A DNA stretch of 64,000 nucleotides from a virus, in IMG/VR virus record IMGVR_UViG_3300019458_000020, positions 76,152-140,151 of that record; one strand, written 5' to 3'. This document shows, one piece after another, positions 1 to 8,855 of the stretch. The notes under the pieces were generated by a model that was not told the origin of the DNA, made no database searches, and saw nothing but the letters and a program-made list of their open reading frames with translations. A program made the translations under genes and the position numbers. Within the stretch, counting starts at the first letter, position 1. Every line of letters begins with the position of its first letter.

Positions 1-1
1 A

Positions 2-361
2 ACAATAGGGTATGGCCATAAGATAAAAACCAAAAACGAATTAAATAGAATGAATCGTGGAGTAACCGATTCAGAAATAAATAGGATGTTGACACAAGAT
101 TTGGAAACTGCTAAAAAATCTGTCGAAGACTATATTGAAAAAAGATATAAAGTAAAGCTAATGTTGGAAAAAAATCAACAAGAAATGTTAGTTGATTTTG
201 CATTCCATTTAGGTAGTCTTGATAAGTTCCCTGAATTTACTGAGGCTGTATTAAAAAAAGATTGGAATACAGTAAAAAAAGAATATAAACGGCATGCTCG
301 TGGAAAAGAGTTGACTGGTAGAAATGACTCGTTTTACCAACGATACCTTAAAAATTTATGA
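2..361 (+). CDS. Phage lysozyme/muramidase (GH24-like), 5'-truncated by the window edge
   Basis: The frame is open from base 2 (TIGYGHKIK...) into the ORF called at 50. TIGYGH and 'QQEMLVDFAFHLG' are lysozyme-family motifs. Confidence 0.8.
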   Translation, partial: TIGYGHKIKTKNELNRMNRGVTDSEINRMLTQDLETAKKSVEDYIEKRYKVKLMLEKNQQEMLVDFAFHLGSLDKFPEFTEAVLKKDWNTVKKEYKRHARGKELTGRNDSFYQRYLKNL

Positions 362-894
362 TACACATTGCAAAATTAGTAACCGAAAAACGAAGTGAAT
401 CTTCCATAGATAAAGGATGTTTAATGGCTGATGTATCTCCTGAAATTTGTAAAAAGTTGGTAGAATTCGGGAAGAAAATTATTCCCGAATCCGATTTATA
501 TGTAGAGGGAGACGAGTTTGGAAGAGAATTAGAATGTCATATAACCGTTTTGTATGGTTTTACTAGAAACCTGACCGAATTAGAAGTTCGTAGAATAATA
601 AACGGTGTAAAACCATTTACTATTAAACTTTCCGGTCTTAGTAAGTTTACTCCACCTGAAAAATTTGAAGTAGTAAAGTTTGATGTAGAAAGTGAAATTC
701 TTACTTCCTTAAATAAAAAATGTCAAGAACTTCCTTTTGAAAGTGATTTTCCAGATTATCATCCCCACTTGACTATAGCATACGTAAAAAAGGGAAAATT
801 CAATCACACCAAAGAAGGATTATCTATAGAAATACCAATTAATAGATTTACATATTCAACCGCCACAAAAGAAAAAACCTACTATAATTTATGA
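358..894 (+). CDS. 2H phosphoesterase (T4 gp57B/Acb1-like)
   Basis: Two HxT motifs (HITVLYG, HPHLTIAY) with 2H-family spacing in 178 aa. Confidence 0.8.
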   Translation: MIHIAKLVTEKRSESSIDKGCLMADVSPEICKKLVEFGKKIIPESDLYVEGDEFGRELECHITVLYGFTRNLTELEVRRIINGVKPFTIKLSGLSKFTPPEKFEVVKFDVESEILTSLNKKCQELPFESDFPDYHPHLTIAYVKKGKFNHTKEGLSIEIPINRFTYSTATKEKTYYNL

Positions 895-1301
895 TACTAC
901 TAAAAAATATAGTAGAAGATATTGAAGGCCCAATACCAGACGTGTTGTATCATGCAACATTTAACGCATTAATTCCGTCTATATACAAAAAAGGAATAGT
1001 ACCGTGTGGAGTAAAATATCAGAATTTTGAAGGATGTGAACGTGGTGTTTACATTTCCGATGATTACGGGTTTGCTGGAAGTATGATTGAAGGTGGGTCG
1101 GAAAATGAAGATATACCAGATGAGTGGTTCGATGAAATCGTAGTAATTATTATAGACCCACAGAAAATTGATATGTCTAAATTAGAAAAAGACCCACATA
1201 TTAATTTATCTGCCACGGAGGATGAAATAATTCCAAGGTCGTTTATTTATAGGGGAATCATACCGTCGAATTCGTTTATTGAAGTCGTTGATTATCGTTA
1301 A
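891..1301 (+). CDS. NAD+-dependent ADP-ribosyltransferase-fold protein (Tpt1/KptA C-lobe-like)
   Basis: LYHAT...SIYKKGIVP...GVYIS...YRGIIP pattern of Tpt1-like ART domains. Confidence 0.65.
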   Translation: MILLKNIVEDIEGPIPDVLYHATFNALIPSIYKKGIVPCGVKYQNFEGCERGVYISDDYGFAGSMIEGGSENEDIPDEWFDEIVVIIIDPQKIDMSKLEKDPHINLSATEDEIIPRSFIYRGIIPSNSFIEVVDYR

Positions 1302-1348
1302 CATTGTCAAATATATAAATATTCTTATTTGAAAATTTATATTTATTC

Positions 1349-1723
1349 ATGAGTACTATTTGCTATAGATGGGGTTCTACAAACATATTGTGGAAAAATG
1401 CTAATTGGAAATGGTCGGAGTGTCAATTAGTAGTAGATATTATAGAGTATCTACTGCCCGGTGTGGATGCTAGCAGTTTACTTTCTCCGTGGATGAGGAA
1501 TAGGGAACAAGTAGTTGATGATGTTCCACCTTGGGAAAAGAGTAAAGAAAAGAAAGAGAGATTAATAAGATTAATCTGTAAAGTACAAGGTCAAGAAATA
1601 AATGAATCAAAAAAGGTAAACACCGACATCAAGATAAAAGCTAAAGATATAAAGATGGTCATAAAAGCTATGTTGGATATTGACGTAGATGTAAACCGTT
1701 TGGAGAAAGACGACGATGTATAA
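1349..1723 (+). CDS. Hypothetical protein
   Basis: 124-aa ORF preceded by the TATTTATT motif. Confidence 0.7.
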   Translation: MSTICYRWGSTNILWKNANWKWSECQLVVDIIEYLLPGVDASSLLSPWMRNREQVVDDVPPWEKSKEKKERLIRLICKVQGQEINESKKVNTDIKIKAKDIKMVIKAMLDIDVDVNRLEKDDDV

Positions 1724-2273
1724 ACTATATACCGATAAAAATGAATTGTTTGAGTGTGAAGTTTCCGTAAAGAATGCATCTCTCAAAAACTCCAAAGCCA
1801 GACTTATAATCGAATCTGAGGATTTAAACCTCGTTTTCAATGGAGAAATAAAAGATGGTAAATGCCAAGTTCCTATTCGCAAATTGAATGGTATTTTACA
1901 AGAAAATACAAAAGGTAAAATGTCGTTGGAAATTATAGTAGAAAACACATATTTTATTCCCTGGGAATCGAATTTTACTGTCGAAGAACATACATCCATT
2001 AAAGTTCAAGTAAAGGAACAAACAAGTTCTAAAAAACCTCTTGTAGAAATAAAAATGAAGGAAGAAAAAGAAGAAAAAGTTTCTACCCCTCCAAATTTAT
2101 CGAAGGTGGCAATCAACGAAGTATCGGTAATATGTGAAAGATTAGGAATAACCAAATCAAATGTAAAAGATAAACGATCTGATTTTATCCAAATATTAAG
2201 AGAATATTTTAAATCTAATCCGGAATTTACTCAATACAGAAAGGAAATTGTTGCCACATATCTTTGTTCTTAA
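1716..2273 (+). CDS. Hypothetical protein (beta-rich N-terminus, possibly virion-associated)
   Basis: 185-aa ORF overlapping the upstream stop. Confidence 0.7.
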   Translation: MYKLYTDKNELFECEVSVKNASLKNSKARLIIESEDLNLVFNGEIKDGKCQVPIRKLNGILQENTKGKMSLEIIVENTYFIPWESNFTVEEHTSIKVQVKEQTSSKKPLVEIKMKEEKEEKVSTPPNLSKVAINEVSVICERLGITKSNVKDKRSDFIQILREYFKSNPEFTQYRKEIVATYLCS

Positions 2274-2288
2274 TAAGTTATATGCAAT

Positions 2289-3197
2289 ATGCCGCAATTT
2301 CCTTTAAGAGACTTCACTAATCAGTACATCTCGAATAGTTACCAAGATGTATTACAACAGTATTTGCCGAGTGGAGACACCCTCTATATCTTAGATGGAT
2401 TAGGTAATGTAATTTTTTCTTTTCCTTCTTCTTCTTATGGTCAAGATGTATTGACCAGTGACCGAAGTAGTTCCATGTCAGTAGCAACGGCATCTTATGC
2501 TTTATTTGCAGTAAGTTCTTCATTTACATCTACATCATCCTTAACATTATTAACACAATCCAATGTAGCCATATCAGCATCATGGGCGTCTCAATCTTTA
2601 GTATCCATCAGTAGTAGTTGGGCTTCCCATTCATTATCATCCATAAGCAGTAGTTGGTCAGCGTTTTCGGTTTCTTCTAGTTTTGCATCGACAGGACCAT
2701 TTACTACATTATTCACATCGTCAACATATCAAATTACATCCAGTTGGTCAAATAATTCAATATCATCTTCTTATGCGTTGACATCATCATTTGCTTTAAA
2801 TGCTGCTGGTGGAACAAATTTAATAACAGGTTCGACCTATCCAATTACATCTTCGTGGTCAAATAATGCAATTACGGCTAGTTATTTGATTTATCCTTCA
2901 TCGTTAGTTTTGGCCCCAACGAACGGAACCGTGTCTATAGTTCAACAAACAGCTAGTTTATTTAATAGTATATTCATAAATTACAATACGAATGATGGAA
3001 GAAATTTCAGAGCAGGTCAAGTAGTTGTAATATACAACACATCATCAGCAAATTTGAATGAAACTACTACCATAGATATAGGTAATAGTACTGGATTAAC
3101 AATAGTAACAAATGTAAGTAATTCATTTGTAAATGTTTTGGCATCAAATGCAACAGCAAATAATTACAATATAAAATTTCATTATGACATCCTGTAA
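2289..3197 (+). CDS. Ser/Thr-rich fibre-like virion protein
   Basis: Repeated ISSSWAS/TASYAL/ITSSWSNN units. C-terminal domain related to that of 3230-3997 (RAG.V, T.D.G.T). Confidence 0.65.
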   Translation: MPQFPLRDFTNQYISNSYQDVLQQYLPSGDTLYILDGLGNVIFSFPSSSYGQDVLTSDRSSSMSVATASYALFAVSSSFTSTSSLTLLTQSNVAISASWASQSLVSISSSWASHSLSSISSSWSAFSVSSSFASTGPFTTLFTSSTYQITSSWSNNSISSSYALTSSFALNAAGGTNLITGSTYPITSSWSNNAITASYLIYPSSLVLAPTNGTVSIVQQTASLFNSIFINYNTNDGRNFRAGQVVVIYNTSSANLNETTTIDIGNSTGLTIVTNVSNSFVNVLASNATANNYNIKFHYDIL

Positions 3198-3229
3198 AGA
3201 TATTTAACTAAAGAGAATAGAATACAAAT

Positions 3230-3997
3230 ATGAATGAGTTTAAAGTAAAAAATGGTCTTATAGTAGAAGGACAAGCGGTTGCTCAAGGAGTAACGTCTTC
3301 TTTATTTGGAACGGCTAGTTGGGCACAACATACCATCTCATCATCCTATTCCGAATTTGCAGTAACTTCGTCATTTGCTTTAAATTTTAACCCAAATGCT
3401 ACAGCCTCTTACGCGATATTTGCTCAGACGGCTTCCTATCTAACTCCAGGAACTTATCAAATAACATCATCTTGGTCACTTAACGCAATTACTGCAAGTT
3501 TTCTCAATGGTAATGCTACAGGTTCTTTCTTTGGAACGGCTAGTTGGGCAACAAACGCAGTCAATACACAAACAGCAACCTCAGCATCATTTGCTTTATT
3601 TTCTAATGCATCATTATCGTCATCATGGGCCTCAGCCTCGATCAGTTCATCCTTTGCATCAACATCAAGTTTCTTGAATGGATTTAATTTTGATAATACA
3701 TCGTCGGTTTTACCACAAACATCATCATTGTTTGTTGTGGCACAAAAACCAACGGGGTCATTTTTAGCAGCATTTTTCGATTACGCAGCAAACAGTGGAA
3801 GTAATATAAGAGCCGGAACAGTGTTCGGTGCATGGACAGACAATACAGCATCGTATGCAGAGTATTGCACGGTTGATAGAGGAGACACGTCACAAGTAAC
3901 TATGTCGTTAATTGTGACACAAAGTTTAGTTCAATTATTATCAACAGTATCAACATCAGCAAATTGGACGATTAGAACTTTAGTGAGATATATCTAA
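3230..3997 (+). CDS. Ser/Thr-rich fibre-like virion protein
   Basis: N-terminal NEFKVKNGL anchor shared with 4040 and 6103; GTASWA repeats. Confidence 0.65.
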   Translation: MNEFKVKNGLIVEGQAVAQGVTSSLFGTASWAQHTISSSYSEFAVTSSFALNFNPNATASYAIFAQTASYLTPGTYQITSSWSLNAITASFLNGNATGSFFGTASWATNAVNTQTATSASFALFSNASLSSSWASASISSSFASTSSFLNGFNFDNTSSVLPQTSSLFVVAQKPTGSFLAAFFDYAANSGSNIRAGTVFGAWTDNTASYAEYCTVDRGDTSQVTMSLIVTQSLVQLLSTVSTSANWTIRTLVRYI

Positions 3998-4009
3998 AAA
4001 ATAGATATA

Positions 4010-4031
4010 AATTCTGGATAGTGAAGGAATT
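4010..4031 (+). promoter_or_regulatory. Conserved leader hairpin, copy 1 (AATTCT-GGATAGTGAA-GGAATT)
   Basis: 6-bp stem (one U-G pair) ending 8 nt before ATG 4040; near-identical copy at 6076-6097. Confidence 0.6.
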
Positions 4032-4039
4032 TATAAAAT

Positions 4040-4672
4040 ATGGCATTTGAATTCGTAGCCAAAAATGGTATAGTTAGTAAAGGAAATGTACAAGTTACAG
4101 GTTCCGTTACCGCTAATTCGTTTACAGGTTCCTTATTAGGTACTGCCTCCAACGCTATAAGTTCTTCTTACGCTTTGACCGCTTCTTTTGCTTTGACTTC
4201 TCCGGGAGGGTCGGGAACAACGTTATTTACTGCATCCACTTATCAAATAACATCAAGTTGGTCAGAAAAATCGGTTGCTGCAATTTCTTCTTCATGGGCA
4301 TCGGCCAGTTTATCAGCTAGTTGGGCACCCCCAATTCCATCCACGACTGCTATATCAGCAAGTTGGGCATCATCATCATTAAGTTCTTCTTTTGCAAACA
4401 GTATAGCTGGTAATAGCGGAATAGCCACAGTATTATTTACAACTAAGACAAATAATATAGTTAGTGCCTCAGTAATAGGTCAAACAAATATTACAACAAA
4501 TGCTATCATTCAAGCTACAATATATGCTAGTAATGATGATTTATTAGCAACAGAATGGTCGCCGCCGGTTATTTATAATGTCATAAATGGGGTGGGTTTT
4601 TCTATTTATATTAGACCATTATACGGAATACATTCTGGATCAGTAGATGTATATTGGAGCTGGCGACCATAA
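4040..4672 (+). CDS. Fibre-like virion protein A (cassette 1)
   Basis: MAFEFVAKNG N-terminus, SASWA repeats; paralogue of 6103-6552. Confidence 0.65.
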   Translation: MAFEFVAKNGIVSKGNVQVTGSVTANSFTGSLLGTASNAISSSYALTASFALTSPGGSGTTLFTASTYQITSSWSEKSVAAISSSWASASLSASWAPPIPSTTAISASWASSSLSSSFANSIAGNSGIATVLFTTKTNNIVSASVIGQTNITTNAIIQATIYASNDDLLATEWSPPVIYNVINGVGFSIYIRPLYGIHSGSVDVYWSWRP

Positions 4673-4679
4673 AATAATT

Positions 4680-5282
4680 ATGAGTATTAAAATAAACGGA
4701 GCAACATCCAATGCAAATGCAGAAGTAGATGCAATATCTAAAGCATTAAGAGTTACACTTTATGATGTTAATGGTGTCGCCATCGGACCTCGTGCAACAT
4801 ACGATGCAGCATCATCAGCATTCACGCCTGGAGCAACACCAACAGATGTATTTACTCTAACCGGTTCAGGAACAAAAACGATACGTGTAACGAGAATAAG
4901 AGTTTCCGGCATCCAAACAACAACAGGAAATAATGCATTTTTCCTAATAAAAAGATCTTCCGCAAATACTGGTGGAACATCTGCTTCTGTAACTGCTGTA
5001 CCTAGAGATAGTACAAATGCCGCTGCGACAGGCACAGTCTTACAATATACAGCAAATCCAACATTAGGTGGAACGATTGGGTCAGTAAGATGTTCAAGAC
5101 TATTTACGCCAGCCGCTGCCGCAGTAGCTGCTTCAGACACTATTATCTGGGACTTTGATGATTTTCAAACCGGTCCAGTCATACTTCGAGGAACCGGTCA
5201 AGTTTTAGCGGTTAATTTTAACGGTGCAGCATTACCAGCAGGTCTATCGTTACTCTGTTCAATTACTTGGACAGAGGAATAA
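4680..5282 (+). CDS. Beta-rich virion accessory protein B (cassette 1)
   Basis: Start moved to ATG 4680 (MSIKINGA) by alignment with paralogue 6562-7161. Family motifs RVTRIR, WDFDDFQ, NFNGAALPAGLS, TWTEE. Confidence 0.65.
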   Translation: MSIKINGATSNANAEVDAISKALRVTLYDVNGVAIGPRATYDAASSAFTPGATPTDVFTLTGSGTKTIRVTRIRVSGIQTTTGNNAFFLIKRSSANTGGTSASVTAVPRDSTNAAATGTVLQYTANPTLGGTIGSVRCSRLFTPAAAAVAASDTIIWDFDDFQTGPVILRGTGQVLAVNFNGAALPAGLSLLCSITWTEE

Positions 5283-5285
5283 TTT

Positions 5286-6008
5286 ATGAGTGTTACAGTA
5301 GTAGGTTATGATAATACTAAGTTATTGAATACCACAGTCAGTGGTTCTTCATTATCTGGTTCTCTAAATATTACTCAATATGACATATTAGGATATCCAC
5401 AAGGCGGCGGAGGATTCGATTTTGATACTACAATGGTAGCAAATACACCGCCCGCAACACCAACGGATATATGTTGCATACAAGGTTCTAATTTTTCCAC
5501 TATTTATGTTACTCGATTAAGATTACATACAACACAAAATACAGGAAGTACAACAGCATGGTTCTTAATAAAAAGAAGAACACCGAATGTGGGAGGAACA
5601 TTATTTTATCTGACTTCATCATTATTAGGAAATAATGAAATGGGTATTCGAAGAGAAAGTAATGCAAGTAGCCAAAGCTTTGATAATTTAACAGGAAGTT
5701 TTTCAATTAACTGTGCTCAACCCCAGGCAACAGTATGGAGATATACAGCCAACCCATCCACATTAGGCAATGCTGTAGGGATCGTTAGAAATAGATATAT
5801 GTTTAGTGCTCCGGTAACAGCAGGGAGCGGAAGTGTAACAACTATATGGGATTTTGACGATTTTCAATCAAATCCTATAGTATTACGAGGAAGTAATGAA
5901 AGCCTGTGTCTAAATTTTAATGGTGCAACGTTACCGGCTGGATTGAGTGTCACGTTTAATATAACGTGGAAAGAACTTCCACCAAATAAAAGTTTTTTCC
6001 CTATATAA
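5286..6008 (+). CDS. Beta-rich virion accessory protein C (cassette 1)
   Basis: Same family motifs as B (VTRLRL, WDFDDFQSNP, NFNGATLPAGLS). Confidence 0.65.
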   Translation: MSVTVVGYDNTKLLNTTVSGSSLSGSLNITQYDILGYPQGGGGFDFDTTMVANTPPATPTDICCIQGSNFSTIYVTRLRLHTTQNTGSTTAWFLIKRRTPNVGGTLFYLTSSLLGNNEMGIRRESNASSQSFDNLTGSFSINCAQPQATVWRYTANPSTLGNAVGIVRNRYMFSAPVTAGSGSVTTIWDFDDFQSNPIVLRGSNESLCLNFNGATLPAGLSVTFNITWKELPPNKSFFPI

Positions 6009-6075
6009 AATCTCTCTTTGATTTTCTCCGAACTATATATCCACAACAAACAGGTTATGATATTGCATCATATTA

Positions 6076-6097
6076 AATTCTGGATAGTGAAAGAATT
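6076..6097 (+). promoter_or_regulatory. Conserved leader hairpin, copy 2 (AATTCT-GGATAGTGAA-AGAATT)
   Basis: Perfect 6-bp stem with the same 10-nt loop, ending 5 nt before ATG 6103. Confidence 0.6.
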
Positions 6098-6102
6098 GAA
6101 AT

Positions 6103-6552
6103 ATGTCGTTAGAATTCGTTGCTCGAACAGGCATAAAGAGTCTCGGTAATGTAACAGTCACCGGATCGGTTTTAGCATACAACTTTACAGGTTCTCTTCA
6201 AGGAACATCGAGTTGGTCAATAAATTCGGTATCTGCTTCTCATGCCCAAATCTCCGATTTCTCCCTAAATAGCATACCTGTTTATTCTGGGCAAATTGAT
6301 ATACCATTCGACGATTGGAAAACAGAAGACAGCGCTTCTGTCACAGGACAGTTAAATTTATCAAGTAGTAGTCATATATTTTGTTCGATTTACGTCGATA
6401 ATAATGACGATGTTTATTCAGAAGATTGGCAACCGCCTGCGGTAAAAACTATTATAACTGGGTCCGGATTTTTAGTATATCTTAGAGCAAAATCAGGTAC
6501 ACACAAAGGACCAGTTAAAATAAATTGGCAATGGAAACATGATACAATATAG
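6103..6552 (+). CDS. Fibre-like virion protein A' (cassette 2)
   Basis: MSLEFVARTG N-terminus; paralogue of 4040-4672 with a shorter repeat shaft. Confidence 0.65.
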   Translation: MSLEFVARTGIKSLGNVTVTGSVLAYNFTGSLQGTSSWSINSVSASHAQISDFSLNSIPVYSGQIDIPFDDWKTEDSASVTGQLNLSSSSHIFCSIYVDNNDDVYSEDWQPPAVKTIITGSGFLVYLRAKSGTHKGPVKINWQWKHDTI

Positions 6553-6561
6553 TAATGTGTC

Positions 6562-7161
6562 ATGAGTGTCAAAATTGCCGGTGCAACTTCGAATGTCGAA
6601 GCCGAAGTGGATTCGGCATCGCGTGCATTACGTGTCACTCTTTATGATATAAATGGTATCGCCGTTGGTCCCCGATATACTTATGATGCGGCTACATTTG
6701 CTTTTACTCCCGGTGCAACTCCACAAGATGTATTTACTATATCCGGGTCAAACACAAAGATAATTAGAATAACAAGAATAAGAATGTCAGGTGTTCAAAA
6801 CACAGCGGGCATCAATTCTTGGTATTTGTTAAGACGTTCTTCTTTAAATACAGGAGGAATCTCTACAGTGGTGACGGCAGTTTCAAGAGACAGCACTCAA
6901 CCTTCAGCAACGGCAATAATACGGCAATATACAGCAAATCCTACGGCCGGAACATCAGTTGGATTAGTTAGGTCGGGGAAGCTTCTAATCCCGGCCGCCA
7001 ATTCGCTTGCATCTGATAATTTGATTTGGGATTTTGATGACATTCAAACGAATCCACTGGTATTAAGTAATGATAATGAACTTATAGCTATAAATTTTAA
7101 TGGTGTAGCGTTGCCAGCAGGATTATCTATTCATTGTGTAATTACTTGGACAGAAGAATAA
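6562..7161 (+). CDS. Beta-rich virion accessory protein B' (cassette 2)
   Basis: Colinear and highly similar to 4680-5282. Confidence 0.65.
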   Translation: MSVKIAGATSNVEAEVDSASRALRVTLYDINGIAVGPRYTYDAATFAFTPGATPQDVFTISGSNTKIIRITRIRMSGVQNTAGINSWYLLRRSSLNTGGISTVVTAVSRDSTQPSATAIIRQYTANPTAGTSVGLVRSGKLLIPAANSLASDNLIWDFDDIQTNPLVLSNDNELIAINFNGVALPAGLSIHCVITWTEE

Positions 7162-7164
7162 TTT

Positions 7165-7779
7165 ATGAGTGTAAGAATTATAGGCAAAAGCCAATCTGAA
7201 GTAGATGTTTTACTGGGTTCGATGAAAATGGTACGTTATAAACCAAAGGACAATACCGATCCGGTAAGATACACTTACGATGCAGCAACACCTGCATTTT
7301 TACCCGATTCATCTCCAAGAGATATAGTAGTAATAAGAGGATCTTCATCAAAGATAATAAAGATAACAAGAATAAGACTCACAACGACACAAAATTCAAA
7401 CGGATTAAATTCTTGGTATCTTTTAAAGAGAAATACTCCAAACGAACTTGGTTCTGGAGATTTTGTTTATGTCAATCCAATACCGAGAGTATTGGATGGA
7501 AGTCAGCCAGGAGCCACGGCAACATTTGGTTATTTTACGGATAATCCAGCGAGGGATGGTCGATTGGTAGGATTAATTCGTTCTGTAAAACTTAGAAGTC
7601 CATCCCTTTCCTCTTTATTGCCAATATCCGAAACAAATGTAATTTGGGATTGCGACGATTATCAATCGTCGCCATTAATATTAAGAGGACCATACGAAAG
7701 TATAGCGTTGAATTTCAATGGGGCGTCAAGACCGGCAGGCATATCTGTTCAATCACATTTTACTTGGATAGAAGAATAA
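7165..7779 (+). CDS. Beta-rich virion accessory protein C' (cassette 2)
   Basis: Same family motifs (ITRIRL, WDCDDYQSSP, NFNGASRPAGIS, TWIEE). Confidence 0.65.
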   Translation: MSVRIIGKSQSEVDVLLGSMKMVRYKPKDNTDPVRYTYDAATPAFLPDSSPRDIVVIRGSSSKIIKITRIRLTTTQNSNGLNSWYLLKRNTPNELGSGDFVYVNPIPRVLDGSQPGATATFGYFTDNPARDGRLVGLIRSVKLRSPSLSSLLPISETNVIWDCDDYQSSPLILRGPYESIALNFNGASRPAGISVQSHFTWIEE

Positions 7780-7781
7780 TA

Positions 7782-8444
7782 TTACTTGAAATGAAGTTTT
7801 TCTTCATTCGCTCTATACCACTCCCATACATTTCGTAACACTTCGGAATCATTGTATGATTCTATCAATTTAATTACATCATATTCGTCAGCGATTTTTC
7901 CTTGTGAAATACCATCCATTATTATTTCGGCTATAACTTCTTCTTCCAACCTTGGAGTAAAATTAATGGGATCAACAATGGGTGCTTGGCTACCTATCTT
8001 TCCTTCACCGGATTTGTTTATAAAAGATTTAACTCTAGGATTTTCCAAAGCTTCCTTGAAGGCTTCTGTCCAAGACCGCATAATTAAATTTCCACATTCC
8101 GTGACCCGTTTTGGTTCCTTATGAAGTTTTCTGGCCGCCGATACCCAAGCTCTCTTAGCAGATTCCGTTCGTTTACGAATTCTTTCGTGATAAATACGAG
8201 TAGTGTCATTTGGTTTTCGTAACCCCTTTGTTCTAATAGTCGCCCAATAATTTACTGGTTTTTCTGTTTCGGTTATGGTAACAGAACAATAAGATTCTCC
8301 GACATTATGATGATTGTTTCCAGCATAAGCAAACCAATCATTTCCTTCTGTCACTCCGTTCCAAGGAACTAATTCGTGGTCACCAGAAGTCAACGACCCT
8401 GGAACACTGAATTCATTCAATAGAATTAGAGTTTTTAATTTCAT
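7782..8444 (-). CDS. Hypothetical protein with putative capsid-targeting leader
   Basis: Likely start MKLKTLILLNE at 8444, directly after TATTTATA. Confidence 0.65.
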   Translation of the reverse strand: MKLKTLILLNEFSVPGSLTSGDHELVPWNGVTEGNDWFAYAGNNHHNVGESYCSVTITETEKPVNYWATIRTKGLRKPNDTTRIYHERIRKRTESAKRAWVSAARKLHKEPKRVTECGNLIMRSWTEAFKEALENPRVKSFINKSGEGKIGSQAPIVDPINFTPRLEEEVIAEIIMDGISQGKIADEYDVIKLIESYNDSEVLRNVWEWYRANEEKLHFK

Positions 8445-8465
8445 GTCTATAAATATCAATTCGTC

Positions 8466-8855
8466 TTACCTTCCCTCAAACAATTCAACTTCAACATTAT
8501 CGGTATCGTTAAATAATCCTTTTGCTTCAGACTCTATCGCCAAATTTTTGATTTCTCTAGCTTGTTTATTGCTAGGCAATTTACCACTATAATAATCAAA
8601 ATGTAATATTGAGTCTCTATAATAATTGAAAGTTATTCTTATCCACCCTCTTTTTAATAATACTTGTCCTGGACTTTCTTCATTATCTATCGTCCAGTGT
8701 ATATTTGATTTTTTAAGATAATCTCTTGCCCAATTAAAATGTCCATATTGAGGATTATCCGTATAAACTTGATGAAGCTTTCCGTCCGGATCCATCCACC
8801 AAGCTTTAAAAAACTGACCCCAAGTTTCTACAACTATGTTTTTTAGCTTTATCAT
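8466..8855 (-). CDS. Hypothetical protein with putative capsid-targeting leader
   Basis: Starts MIKLKNIVVE; W.DPDG...H...GWIRI domain of unknown function. Confidence 0.65.
   Translation of the reverse strand: MIKLKNIVVETWGQFFKAWWMDPDGKLHQVYTDNPQYGHFNWARDYLKKSNIHWTIDNEESPGQVLLKRGWIRITFNYYRDSILHFDYYSGKLPSNKQAREIKNLAIESEAKGLFNDTDNVEVELFEGR

Noticed and set aside
4040..7779. Diversity-generating retroelement acting on the paralogous fibre genes
   Set aside because: No reverse transcriptase in the window; differences between copies span whole genes and are not adenine-specific.
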